The position numbers and the translations under genes were made by a program. The notes beneath the pieces were generated by a model. That model had not been told where the DNA came from, did no database searches, and saw only the letters and a list, made by a program, of their open reading frames with translations. From positions 1 through 36,276 of IMG/VR virus record IMGVR_UViG_3300014775_000384: a stretch of DNA of 36,276 nt; one strand, 5' to 3'. Origin of the DNA: a virus. Lineage: Duplodnaviria; Caudoviricetes. Below, one piece after another: positions 7,823-17,100 of this stretch (the stretch's first letter is position 1; each line of letters starts with the position of its first letter).

Positions 7823-7852
7823 GGGGGTGGCCTTGGGTTAAGGGCTGCCCCC
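7823..7852 (+). terminator. GC-rich hairpin (weak terminator or mRNA-stabilising stem)
   Basis: GGGGGTGGCCTT/AGGGCTGCCCCC 12-bp stem with G-U pairs; poor U-tract. Confidence 0.45.
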
Positions 7853-7862
7853 GCTTCATCTC

Positions 7863-8114
7863 ATGAGAGACATCTACTACTACGAACTAAAGCTCCGGTA
7901 CAAGAAAGGCAAGAAGGTAATCAGAGAGTACAGCGCGGAGGACTACGCTGTCACCAGTGCAGAGACCAAGGAGGACATCCTCAGGGGGCACACATGGGAC
8001 AGGATGTACCGCAACTACTACGGACCTAGATACGATGGCACAGTCGAAATCAAAATTGAAGAGATACTCTCCAAGAAGAGAGTGGGTTCCAAAGTACGAA
8101 GTCAAGCGCCGTGA
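7863..8114 (+). CDS. basic hypothetical protein
   Basis: 83-aa ORF, consistent codon usage. Confidence 0.7.
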   Translation: MRDIYYYELKLRYKKGKKVIREYSAEDYAVTSAETKEDILRGHTWDRMYRNYYGPRYDGTVEIKIEEILSKKRVGSKVRSQAP

Positions 8115-8460
8115 TGTCGGCGACCTCATCAAGGTGAGGGACTCGTACTACCAAGCTATTGGTTACCCGTTCGACCCACATAACCGAGAGCAACGCAACG
8201 TCATCTTCCGGGTGGCGTTTGCAGAGGCAATGTTCCACTACTTCACAATCACGTCAATCGCCAAGGCTCTTGAGAAAGACCACAGCAGCGTGAGCTACTA
8301 CGTGAAGAACTCATCACTGTACGATGGGTACTACGACTTCTACAAGATTCTCAAGGAAGCAGCTACCTGCATCTACCACTTGGAGGTGGGGAGTACAGCC
8401 TTGGGTATGAGACTCAAAGAAAATATCAAGCAGTATGTCGCAGAACTTGAATCATCGTGA
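8035..8460 (+). CDS. DnaA C-terminal-like HTH protein
   Basis: R..RNV..R ... SIAKALEKDHSSVSY pattern resembles DnaA domain IV (IG..F.RDHTTV.H); start uncertain. Confidence 0.7.
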   Translation: MAQSKSKLKRYSPRREWVPKYEVKRRDVGDLIKVRDSYYQAIGYPFDPHNREQRNVIFRVAFAEAMFHYFTITSIAKALEKDHSSVSYYVKNSSLYDGYYDFYKILKEAATCIYHLEVGSTALGMRLKENIKQYVAELESS

Positions 8461-8821
8461 CTTTGTGCGAGACGTCAAGAGCGTGTGCAACGAGCTCACT
8501 TCTCTACTTACGGAGAAGAACAAGAGGTATGGCAACGCTGCGCTCAACCCAGCGCGTATCTTCAGCAAGGCTACCTCACACGAGCAACTGCTAGTTCGCA
8601 TCGACGATAAGCTGAACCGCATCAAGAACTGGGGTGCATCAGACATTGATGAGGATACACTGCTAGACCTGATGGGCTACTTGGTATTGCTAAGGATTAA
8701 CATGAAACATGAAACAGGTGGTAACGATATTCGAGGACCTTTACAACAAGGCACCGCTGTACATCACAGTGGAAACAGCACTGCAACGTATCCAATCTGG
8801 CAAGCAGAAGAAGAAGATTGA
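8435..8821 (+). CDS. DUF1599 / nucleotide-modification-associated domain 1 (Nmad1)-like protein
   Basis: LL.EKN..YGN.A..P..IFSK....Q...RIDDKL.RI...EDTL.DL.GYL motif. Confidence 0.8.
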   Translation: MSQNLNHRDFVRDVKSVCNELTSLLTEKNKRYGNAALNPARIFSKATSHEQLLVRIDDKLNRIKNWGASDIDEDTLLDLMGYLVLLRINMKHETGGNDIRGPLQQGTAVHHSGNSTATYPIWQAEEED

Positions 8822-10496
8822 GCGTGTCCGTAGCGGAGACAAAGATGCTAAGAAGCTCTTGCCTATCGTGCTGTGGAGCGGTGTGTTTAATGAACGCAAT
8901 GACGAGTCGCTGCAGAAACACAGCGGCATCATTGTTCTAGACTTTGACCACGTTGGAGATGTGAGCCAAGCCAAGTCTTGTTTGGCATACGACCAGCACG
9001 TTCTTGCATGTTGGACATCCCCAAGTGGAGATGGAGTCAAGGCTATCGTAGAGATAAGCAATCCCGAAAGACACCGTGACCACTTCCGCTCCCTGTGTGA
9101 TTACTTCCAACGCAAATACAACCTTGAGGTAGACCCCTCAGGTATCAACGAGTCTCGTGCGTGCTTTGAGTCGTACGACAGCGACATCTGCATCAACTCA
9201 AAGACCACTAGGTTTGGTGGACTCAAATCGGAACAGCATGCAGAGCCAGACCCTACCGAGGTAAAGGGGCGTACTGACTACGAGAAGCTTCAGATAGCTG
9301 CTCAAATGATTCGGTACGCCCCCGATGGGGGCAAGCATGCAGCGTTAGTGCGTGCCTCCTACCTGATGGGTGGCTTCATTGCTGCTGGTCGGGTCGAAGA
9401 GGACGAAGCCTTTCGCGTACTCGTTCGTGAAATTGAAGCGCGGAATCCTCTCGACCTTGACCAAGCCCGCAAGACAATCGTCGATGGCATAGAACAGGGC
9501 AAGCTCGCGCCGATTGGTGAGATTACCCGTGAGCTTGAGAAGGTCAGGCACGAGATGCGGGTCAACGATGGGGACATGTCCTTCATCACATCAGACGACA
9601 GAGACTACGAGTGGATTCAGAAGTTCATCGCAGGACAGATTGAGCTGGGCCTCGGTACAGAGAACGAGAAGTTCGACGAGTACTTCAGGTTCAAGCGCGA
9701 GTTCCTCATGATTAACGGACACAGCAACGTGGGTAAGACTACATTCACGCTATGGCTGATGGTCGCTGCGTCCATGTTGCATGGGTGGAAGTGGCTTGTC
9801 TACAGTGCAGAGAACCCGACATGGGCCAACAAGATTAAGGTGATGCAGTTCTGCATGGACATGCCAATCAAGCGCATGAACCACAAAGAACTTACGGCTG
9901 CACACGAGTGGGTGACCAAGCACTTCACGTTTGTTGACAACCACAAGAACTATAGTGTTCACGACATCCTTGTGTTCGCAGAGAAGATGAAGAACTACGA
10001 GGGCATCGACGGTATCTTGGTTGACCCCTACAACGCACTGCGTATTGACCTGAGCTCACACCGTGGACTCAGCACACACGAGTACCACTACGAGGCAGCC
10101 AGCGAGTTCCTCACCTTCAGCAACAAGCATCAGGTTGCAGTGTGGGTCAACGCCCACGCCTTCACCGAAGCGCAGCGCAGGAAGGGTCCCGATGGGTTAC
10201 CGCTTGCTCCTTATGCTGAGGATACAGAGGGGGGTGGTAAGTTTGTGAACCGTGCCGACGGATTCATCACGCTGCACCGCAAGACACAAGCAGAGGACTG
10301 GAGTGACAGGCGTACCGTGGAGATGCACGTACGCAAGGTCCGCATGACTGAGACGGGTGGCAACCCCACCGCACTAGACTATCCACTACGATTCGAGTTC
10401 AGCAAGCAGCAGTCAGGATTCAACTTCGTGAGCCCCGGGCCACGCCTGTTCCGTCCCCTGTGTGAATTGCTTGTGGGAAAACAGATGAAGCTTTGA
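8709..10496 (+). CDS. primase-helicase: BT4734/VirE-N-like N-terminal domain fused to a DnaB-like (SF4) helicase
   Basis: KKLLP...SG.F..R...HSGIIVLDFDH, SPSGDGVK; Walker A GHSNVGKT, Walker B ILVDPYN, NRADGFITLHR. Confidence 0.85.
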   Translation: MKQVVTIFEDLYNKAPLYITVETALQRIQSGKQKKKIERVRSGDKDAKKLLPIVLWSGVFNERNDESLQKHSGIIVLDFDHVGDVSQAKSCLAYDQHVLACWTSPSGDGVKAIVEISNPERHRDHFRSLCDYFQRKYNLEVDPSGINESRACFESYDSDICINSKTTRFGGLKSEQHAEPDPTEVKGRTDYEKLQIAAQMIRYAPDGGKHAALVRASYLMGGFIAAGRVEEDEAFRVLVREIEARNPLDLDQARKTIVDGIEQGKLAPIGEITRELEKVRHEMRVNDGDMSFITSDDRDYEWIQKFIAGQIELGLGTENEKFDEYFRFKREFLMINGHSNVGKTTFTLWLMVAASMLHGWKWLVYSAENPTWANKIKVMQFCMDMPIKRMNHKELTAAHEWVTKHFTFVDNHKNYSVHDILVFAEKMKNYEGIDGILVDPYNALRIDLSSHRGLSTHEYHYEAASEFLTFSNKHQVAVWVNAHAFTEAQRRKGPDGLPLAPYAEDTEGGGKFVNRADGFITLHRKTQAEDWSDRRTVEMHVRKVRMTETGGNPTALDYPLRFEFSKQQSGFNFVSPGPRLFRPLCELLVGKQMKL

Positions 10497-10498
10497 TG

Positions 10499-10529
10499 TT
10501 GTAAGTACACCTATCTACCAGTAACTTGC
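10499..10529 (+). promoter_or_regulatory. promoter (TTG-N20-TAACTTGC) immediately before the ATG
   Basis: Consensus-like boxes; ATG 10533 lies 3 nt downstream. Confidence 0.5.
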
Positions 10530-10532
10530 ATC

Positions 10533-10970
10533 ATGGCACGGCGTAAAAGCATGAACCGTGGTGGCAAGAAACTCAAGTCAGGTCTTGAGGTTTACTGTTA
10601 CGACAAGTTGAAAGAAGCCAAGCTCAAGTTCGAGTACGAGCCTGAGAGCTTCACTCTCGTCGACAAGTTCATCTACCCCGGAATCTATTTCAAGTCGACC
10701 AACAGGCGACCTGACATGATGGATTACTCAGGGAAGATGGTCAGGAAGATGGAGTACACACCGGACTTTGTGTCTCACGAGCACAAGTTCATCATCGAAA
10801 CCAAGGGGTACCAGCGTACCCAGCACGGGTTCCCACTCAGGTGGAAGCTCTTCTTGAAGCAGATGGTGGAGACCGGGAATGGCGACTACATGTTGTTCGT
10901 GCCGAAGAACAGCAAACAAGTAGACAAGGTCATTCAAATCATCAAGGATGAAATTAAGAAAGCTAAGTGA
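10533..10970 (+). CDS. T7 endonuclease I-like Holliday junction resolvase
   Basis: KSGLE, YEPE, YTPDF, IIETKG motifs. Confidence 0.85.
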   Translation: MARRKSMNRGGKKLKSGLEVYCYDKLKEAKLKFEYEPESFTLVDKFIYPGIYFKSTNRRPDMMDYSGKMVRKMEYTPDFVSHEHKFIIETKGYQRTQHGFPLRWKLFLKQMVETGNGDYMLFVPKNSKQVDKVIQIIKDEIKKAK

Positions 10971-11160
10971 ACTGTACTCGTTCTCCACGCAGGAGATTCA
11001 GAGGCTCACAACAGAGCTGTACGAGTCGCTGCATGACGATGCAGGCAATCCCATATCCTCTGCTGAGGAGGTTTCGGAACTGGTCAAGGACTTCCGGATG
11101 AAGGTCAACATTGAGGTAGCGACTGTCAAGGACGCTTGCCTCGAATACAACCACTCATGA
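10948..11160 (+). CDS. hypothetical protein
   Basis: 70-aa ORF overlapping both neighbours. Confidence 0.7.
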   Translation: MKLRKLSELYSFSTQEIQRLTTELYESLHDDAGNPISSAEEVSELVKDFRMKVNIEVATVKDACLEYNHS

Positions 11161-11762
11161 GCAAGAACTTCCTCAGAGACCAAGAGCTCGGTGACCTCGG
11201 GGAGCAGCTGTGGGCTGCATGGATTAACGCCAAAGGGGGTGACGCTGTCATCTCTCAGAACGGGCTAACTGAGAACGGAGAGACGCGGGACTGGGATGTG
11301 TACGACCAAACCACCGGAGTGTACTACGAGGTCAAGGTGGACATCAAGGCGCACTACTGGGCCAAGAGAAGAGGAGAGCCAGTCAATCTGTTCCTCGAAT
11401 ACGAGACAGTAAAAACCCACAAGCCTTGTGGGATTATGAAGACTAATGCTCAGTACTTGGTGTACATCGTGCGCAACCCGCAGGACCTGCACATCGCATA
11501 CACCTTTGACTTGGAGATGCTGCGCGATTATCTTTGGGACGCACACAAGCTCAAGAGATTCCCTATTCGCAAGCCTGTGATGCACGGAATCGGCAACGTC
11601 AATGGCTGGACACCACCTCTGCACGAGCTCGTAAACGATAAGGAAGCTGGCTTCATCAAGCTGTGCATCCTTCCACTCTCACTTCTAAACCCATCAAATG
11701 AAACAAACGTATCGGAACTGTCGCTGCTTGAGACAGAAAATCGACAGCTTGCTTCAGAGTAA
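11157..11762 (+). CDS. PD-(D/E)XK-family nuclease-like protein
   Basis: D.ELG..GE, WDV, YEVK.D, NLFLEY motifs; ATGA-coupled start at 11157. Confidence 0.75.
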   Translation: MSKNFLRDQELGDLGEQLWAAWINAKGGDAVISQNGLTENGETRDWDVYDQTTGVYYEVKVDIKAHYWAKRRGEPVNLFLEYETVKTHKPCGIMKTNAQYLVYIVRNPQDLHIAYTFDLEMLRDYLWDAHKLKRFPIRKPVMHGIGNVNGWTPPLHELVNDKEAGFIKLCILPLSLLNPSNETNVSELSLLETENRQLASE

Positions 11763-11898
11763 CGCGTCGTATCAAGCGCACAACATTGGGTCAGGAACTA
11801 CCCCAGAAGAGAAAGAGGAGGTGAACCGCTACTGTTACGAGCAGTTCATCCTCCCCATCAAAGACTTGGACGAAGACTTCTTTGAGTCTATCAGCTGA
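11698..11898 (+). CDS. hypothetical protein, last gene of the + block
   Basis: 66-aa ORF; its stop overlaps the convergent - strand gene. Confidence 0.65.
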   Translation: MKQTYRNCRCLRQKIDSLLQSNASYQAHNIGSGTTPEEKEEVNRYCYEQFILPIKDLDEDFFESIS

Positions 11899-12604
11899 CA
11901 ATCTTTGCGCCCCCTGCCATGGTCATACCGACCATGTCCTTTGGGTCACGCATCAGCTTCATAGCTCCGCCTCCCTCGTACTCCATCTTACCGCCCATGC
12001 CCATCTTGCTTTGCTTATACTCAGCAACCATGGCCTTGGCTTCGTCTTCTGAGACGCCGTGCTTCTCGACAATCATCTTGACGACCTCGTCTTCAGAAGG
12101 CATGTCCTTCATGCCATCGAGCATGCTCATGACTTTGGACTTCACTTCACCGCCCTCCTCGAACTTTGAGAAGAACGCTGCATCCTCTTCCTTCTTCTTC
12201 TTGTCGCTTGTAGGTGTCTCACCTCTTTCAAGCTGACGAAGCAATCCGCTCTCGCCACCAACCTCTCGGGTGTCACGGAGTCTTTTCTTGTCTGCATCAA
12301 AAGCCTTGTGCCCTCCGGGTCTCTGGCTTGGTGGGATGTCTGGACCCATCCTAGGTCCGCTCTTGCCTTGGTCGTAGTACTGCGCCTGCTCTGCAGTCAT
12401 GTTGCCGTGCATCTTGTTAGGGTCGCCCATTGCGTATCGGTTCAATGGCTGGCCCTGTCCCTTTTCGATGTAGTACTTCTCGTCTTCGCTCAGGGGAATG
12501 CTCTGCACAAACTCAGGTCCCGGCTTGTTGTCCTGAGGTACAGGTACCGGAGCCTTCTGGCCCTTCTTGCGCATCTCGCGCTCAATGTATTTTCTGTTTG
12601 CCAT
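11891..12604 (-). CDS. low-complexity Met/Gly/Lys-rich protein with repeated [FYM]xxGG motifs; putative internal virion protein
   Basis: KFEEGG, KMGMGG, EYEGGG, TMAGGA; has its own promoter. Confidence 0.8.
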   Translation of the reverse strand: MANRKYIEREMRKKGQKAPVPVPQDNKPGPEFVQSIPLSEDEKYYIEKGQGQPLNRYAMGDPNKMHGNMTAEQAQYYDQGKSGPRMGPDIPPSQRPGGHKAFDADKKRLRDTREVGGESGLLRQLERGETPTSDKKKKEEDAAFFSKFEEGGEVKSKVMSMLDGMKDMPSEDEVVKMIVEKHGVSEDEAKAMVAEYKQSKMGMGGKMEYEGGGAMKLMRDPKDMVGMTMAGGAKIVS

Positions 12605-12616
12605 ACTGCAAATATA
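12605..12616 (-). promoter_or_regulatory. TAnnTTTG promoter abutting the start codon
   Basis: - strand reads TATATTTG-CAGT-ATG. Confidence 0.7.
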
Positions 12617-12618
12617 AG

Positions 12619-12687
12619 TTATTTAGTCACAACCTTTTTGGCGCAGTTCGTCCACCAGAATCTGTAGGTGTTGTCGTCGAGCTTCAT
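12619..12687 (-). CDS. 22-aa micro-ORF (MKLDDNTYRFWWTNCAKKVVTK)
   Basis: Hand translation; ATGA-coupled to the upstream gene and ends just before the next promoter. Confidence 0.45.
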   Translation of the reverse strand: MKLDDNTYRFWWTNCAKKVVTK

Positions 12688-12980
12688 CCTCTGAGCCTAT
12701 CGTTTTCTTTCTCCAAGAACTCAAGCCGCACCTTGTATTCTGCTAGTTCTGTCATGACAACTGCGAGCCTGTCTGAGACTTCGTTCTTCTCCTTGTATGC
12801 CTGCTCTAGCTTCTCTTCGAGTACAGCAACACGCTCTCTCAAATCGTCTCTGAAGAGAGTCTGCTCTCCTTTATCCTCCTTGCGTTCCTCGTGCTTGAGC
12901 TTCATGCGAGACTGGTAAAACTGCCAAGCCCCGGCAGAACCGAGGACAGTTACGATGGTGATGATTGTCTGTGTATCCAT
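12684..12980 (-). CDS. N-terminal TM plus coiled-coil protein (lysis-cassette type)
   Basis: TIITIVTVLGSAGAW helix followed by heptads; TGATG-coupled start at 12980. Confidence 0.8.
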   Translation of the reverse strand: MDTQTIITIVTVLGSAGAWQFYQSRMKLKHEERKEDKGEQTLFRDDLRERVAVLEEKLEQAYKEKNEVSDRLAVVMTELAEYKVRLEFLEKENDRLRG

Positions 12981-13363
12981 CACCGCTTCCACATTTCTTC
13001 GTTAGTGACTCTGTACAAGTTCCAGATGGACATGGCGCAGATAAGAAGCCAACCCAAGTGGCTACCGTGCATCATGCCTGCGGAGGTGTAGTTGGCTACG
13101 GTGGCGATAGAGATTGCTGATGCAATTTGCACAGCAAGTTTGCGCATAAACAATCTACCATCCCACAGTGCGCAGTACACTTGGAATATACCAGCAAGGT
13201 GCGCACCAATCTGAAGCATCATCCACGGGTTGCCCAGCTCGAACATCGCAAACGGGAGAATGGCCATGTGGAGCACGCCAATCATAAGCTCATTGGACTC
13301 GGAGTCCGTGTACTTCATGATTGCCTTGGCTCTCTCGTAGCCTTTCTTGTCCCGGAGTGGCAT
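12980..13363 (-). CDS. multi-pass (about 4 TM) membrane protein
   Basis: Four hydrophobic segments, several with His; TAATG-coupled. Confidence 0.8.
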   Translation of the reverse strand: MPLRDKKGYERAKAIMKYTDSESNELMIGVLHMAILPFAMFELGNPWMMLQIGAHLAGIFQVYCALWDGRLFMRKLAVQIASAISIATVANYTSAGMMHGSHLGWLLICAMSIWNLYRVTNEEMWKR

Positions 13364-13551
13364 TACAGTTCGCTCTTCTTGAGCCCGATGGAGTTAAAGA
13401 ACCAAAGTGATGGGCACTTGCTAAACCAAACCGCCACCTGTTGCATGACGGCTACGAATCCTACGAGCAACCACCAGCCATGTACGATTGCCACAATCAG
13501 CAAAAGTGACATGAGGAAGTAAGTTGCTCTGAGTGATGTCCAATGTTTCAT
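13363..13551 (-). CDS. two-TM protein, YgaP/DUF2892-like
   Basis: R-x-hydrophobic hairpin followed by CP...IG pattern. Confidence 0.65.
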   Translation of the reverse strand: MKHWTSLRATYFLMSLLLIVAIVHGWWLLVGFVAVMQQVAVWFSKCPSLWFFNSIGLKKSEL

Positions 13552-13616
13552 ATCATCTTGTTAAATTCAATCCAAGCCCACAGGAGCTTCTTGCCCCACA
13601 GCTTTAGCCGCTGCAT
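13548..13616 (-). CDS. 22-aa cationic amphipathic micro-ORF (MQRLKLWGKKLLWAWIEFNKMI)
   Basis: Hand translation; overlaps the upstream stop and is ATGA-coupled to the downstream gene. Confidence 0.5.
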   Translation of the reverse strand: MQRLKLWGKKLLWAWIEFNKMI

Positions 13617-13738
13617 GATTCGCAGTCTTCTGGATTGTCAATGTTGCAGGTAAGCTCACCTGATTCAATCTTCTCTTCTTGTTTCTTCAACTTGCCTTGG
13701 TCAAGGAAGCTAATGTCTCCGAAGTCTTCTTCGTTCAT
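13604..13738 (-). CDS. 44-aa peptide with C-terminal CNIDNPEDCESCSG
   Basis: Hand translation (MNEEDFGDISFLDQGKLKKQEEKIESGELTCNIDNPEDCESCSG); ATGA-coupled to the holin. Confidence 0.8.
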   Translation of the reverse strand: MNEEDFGDISFLDQGKLKKQEEKIESGELTCNIDNPEDCESCSG

Positions 13739-14172
13739 CTCTTAGATTTCTCAATGGTTCTACCTGCGAAGTACGCACCAAATGCAGTGAGCATAAGGAT
13801 TTCGAGCAAAGATACATAGGAATCTTTTACGTTAAATGGCAGATTGTCAAGCGAGTCGAGCACCATTGTTACCATGAACATTGACATGAGAGCAATCAAG
13901 GTGACTGGTCTAATGAGCTTTGCCAGCTTCACGTCGCTACCCATGTCGGCCTTCCACCGCTCGGACACGTTATTCTGGAACTGAACCTCAGCGTCAAGCT
14001 TTGCCTTGACTTCTTCTGGGTCTAAGTCAGGGTATTGCTTGTCAATCAAGTTCTTTACAATGCCCAGCCCACCGCTGTCTGGAAGCAAATCACCAACGGT
14101 TTCTAGCACCTTTGGAGCCTTGTCTTTCAGCCATTGTCCGAGCTTTGTGTCTTTAATCTTTTCTTCCTTCAT
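13735..14172 (-). CDS. putative holin (3TM/GTA-holin-like)
   Basis: RWKADM.SD..L.K.IRP motif, two C-terminal TMs, AYF.GRT.EK end; ATG 14172. Confidence 0.75.
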   Translation of the reverse strand: MKEEKIKDTKLGQWLKDKAPKVLETVGDLLPDSGGLGIVKNLIDKQYPDLDPEEVKAKLDAEVQFQNNVSERWKADMGSDVKLAKLIRPVTLIALMSMFMVTMVLDSLDNLPFNVKDSYVSLLEILMLTAFGAYFAGRTIEKSKR

Positions 14173-17100
14173 ACTGTTCCAAGTATTGTTTGTTAAATGA
14201 GAGCACAAGTCTGAGCATCTCCTGTTCTAGTTTGTCGACCTCTCTAGCTTTGAGAGCCGGGTCAATGTCTCTGTCTTTAATAGCCCTGATGTCTTTACGC
14301 AGTCCTTGCAGGGCCTTGTCAATCTTTCTACCCTCGGCTTCAAGCGCAGCAGCTGCTCGCGTTCTTGGCTCGTCAATGCTTAGCTCCTCTCTAGCCTTGA
14401 CCGCTTGTTTAATAGTAGTTCTGAACTTGTAGTAGTCAGCCATGTCTACACGAGAGTTGTACGTCCCGTACCCCACGCGCACAATCGGCATCGTAGACAG
14501 CACCTTACCCGCAACCTCATCCTTGTCGTCAGAGTATCCCTGCAAGTGCTGCACCGGAGTCTCGACAGACTTGTAGGTGTTCTTGAGGAACCTGTACCCG
14601 CCGCCGCCGTAGTACTCGAAGGCATGCCAGATTTTGTCCGGAGACATGTCGAGGTATCCCGGCTCATACTCGTTACCACCTGTCACTTCGTTCAGGAACA
14701 TGGTGACATCGCGCAGCCACTCAGGTGAGCGCGAGCCCAGCGAAGACATAGGCAGGTTCTGACCCGGGGCATTGTCCTTGTACACCTGAGTCCCGAAGTA
14801 ACTTTCGTTCATGTAGATTTCTATGAGAGGTCTCAGGAACGTAGGGGTGCCTGCTTTACCAAGCTTTTTAAGTAGAGTACTAGATTCGCCAAACGAGATT
14901 GGGATGAAGGAGTTGAACATACCTCCGACCATAAACGCGCCAGCATCTCCTACGGTTCTGATGCCAGTAGCCGCTTCGTATGACATGGTGCCCATGTTGT
15001 GGAAGATGTTGTATCCGTAGGGCAAAGGAATCTTGATGTAGTCCTTGCCACCAATCATCACAATCATGTTGCGCTCCTTGACGTAGTCAGGAATCTTCTC
15101 GTAGAAAGTTCTGCCGTCCTCGTCCTCATCAGATATGGCTTGGTTCAGTGCAGCCTGCGCGGCAGCAAACAGCGTCATACCCATGGCAATCTTCTGTGAG
15201 CTGTTGAGGGTTCTGTAATATCCGCCACGTCCGTTAGGAACTTTCTTCAGCGTCATCATTGTGCGTGCAAACTTGGCCGTACCCTGAACACCTGCGTTGA
15301 AGAACAGGTACAAGGCGTTAATCACAGAACCACCACTACCGCTTCGGTTGAAGTTGATGGTAAGTTCCTTGGCCAAGTAAGCCGCTTTCTCCGCATTCAT
15401 GCCTGCCTCTCTGGCAGACTGGAACACAGCGAATCTGATTGCGTTCTCAACCGCCATATTGGTGTTGTTCACGTAGTCAGCAACTGCCTTCAGGCCTTTG
15501 ACAGCAGTAACTCCAGCACCCCCTTCCTGCATTCTAGTCAGGGTCTCGAGGTCTGAGCGCAACTTGTCTCTGTTCTTGGCGTATGGCCAGTCAGTAATAG
15601 CCCCATAGTCTTGGAACTCCTGCCACGCCTTGTACATCGGGTGGCTTGTGTCCTCAACTCCCTGCAGGTTCTTGTACAAAAACGCGAGAGATGGGAGGTG
15701 CTTCTTGAGTGTGGACTTGACAAGGTTCTCACCGAACGCTTGACCGCCCTCAATCTCCTGCTCGGCAAGTAGTGACCCCAAACCAAACTGCAAGTCGCGT
15801 GTGAAGTTGGCTACAATAAAGTCAGGAGAGTAGCTCGTAAAGGTGCTTGACAGGAATCTACCAAGGCCACGGATGGCATTGAATATCATGCCGGGGACGC
15901 CCTCGGGTGACTTGAGGATGTTGTGCTTGTTGACTGCGCGAGCTACAGCAGAGTTAGCAAACTCCATAAAGAACGACTCACCGTTGATGACGACCTCGAC
16001 GAACCTGTCGTTGTTGCGCATCTCATCGCGGGTCATGCCACGACGCTTGCCCCTCAGCACTGGAGTGGCATCCTTCGGTCCGTAGATTTTGTACAGGTCC
16101 TTGTCTGGGTTGTCAGCCAAGAGGTTGAGCAGTCTAGAGTTGGCAAGGTTCTTCTCGCCAGCCATGACTGTTTGGTACCGTCTCTCGAAGATGTAGTCGA
16201 GCGGGCTGTCAGCCAAGCTGGTACGACCCTCTGCTCTTCTGATTCCACGGAACACTCTTGCTTGGTGCATGTGCAGGTAGCCTGCCTCACGTGCCTCGGC
16301 GCCTCCGTCCTCGTCAACAGCAAATCCGCTGAGCGGGACGTAGCTTGGGTACAATGCCTCAAGCTTGTCGACGGTGGCCTGTGTCTCCAGTCCGTACTCT
16401 ACAATCAATCTGCGAGTCTCTTTCTGGAACTCCATCACCATGTCGTAGGCCTCACGCATGCCTTCGCTGTCGAGTTCTTCAATTTCTCTGCGTGCCTGTT
16501 CGTCGGTCTTACCTGAGAAGTTGTCGTTCTCCAATCTAGCTTCTACGTCAGCTAGCTCTTCTTGCAGGTCGGCAAGTTTCTTGGACGCTTTACGCTTGGC
16601 CGTGTCAGAGGTTTGCTCGTCATTGATAACCGCTGCCTGCTTGGCAATCGCCTCCATGATAGAAAGCTTCTTGTTGCCGAAGCGCTCACGCAGTACAGCG
16701 TTACGATTCTCTGCGTGCATAGCATACAGGAAGTCGCTCAGCTCCTTGTGCGAGATACCGAACTTATTCATGACTGCAGCCAAGTCCTCCATGAACATGT
16801 CTACACTCTGCAGCCTGCGCGATGCTTTACCGTCAAGAAGCGACAGCGCCATGGCATAGTCCTGCTCCTGCATCACCTTGCCACCGATAGCCTTCTCGAT
16901 GTCACGTTGGTAGCGGATGGCTCTGTAGAACTTGTCGTACACAAACTCCATGATGCCGAGCCAAGCACGCTGCACCTTGCCCATCTCCGCTTCTCTGTCG
17001 ATACGGACTGGTGGCTTCTCACCGCGTAGGGTGTCCATGTCAGCGTCGTACTCGTCGAGGTATCCTTGCAGTGGCTGCGCCTTGAGGAGATTCTGGGAGT

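Noticed and set aside
173-11624. - strand ORFs opposite the early and replication genes
   Set aside because: Shadow ORFs; the + strand is fully tiled by coupled genes
17030-17055. DADMD (DxDxD) in the giant protein as an RNA polymerase catalytic motif
   Set aside because: It lies in an acidic linker just after a KAQ junction, without the NADFDGD/DFDID-type context
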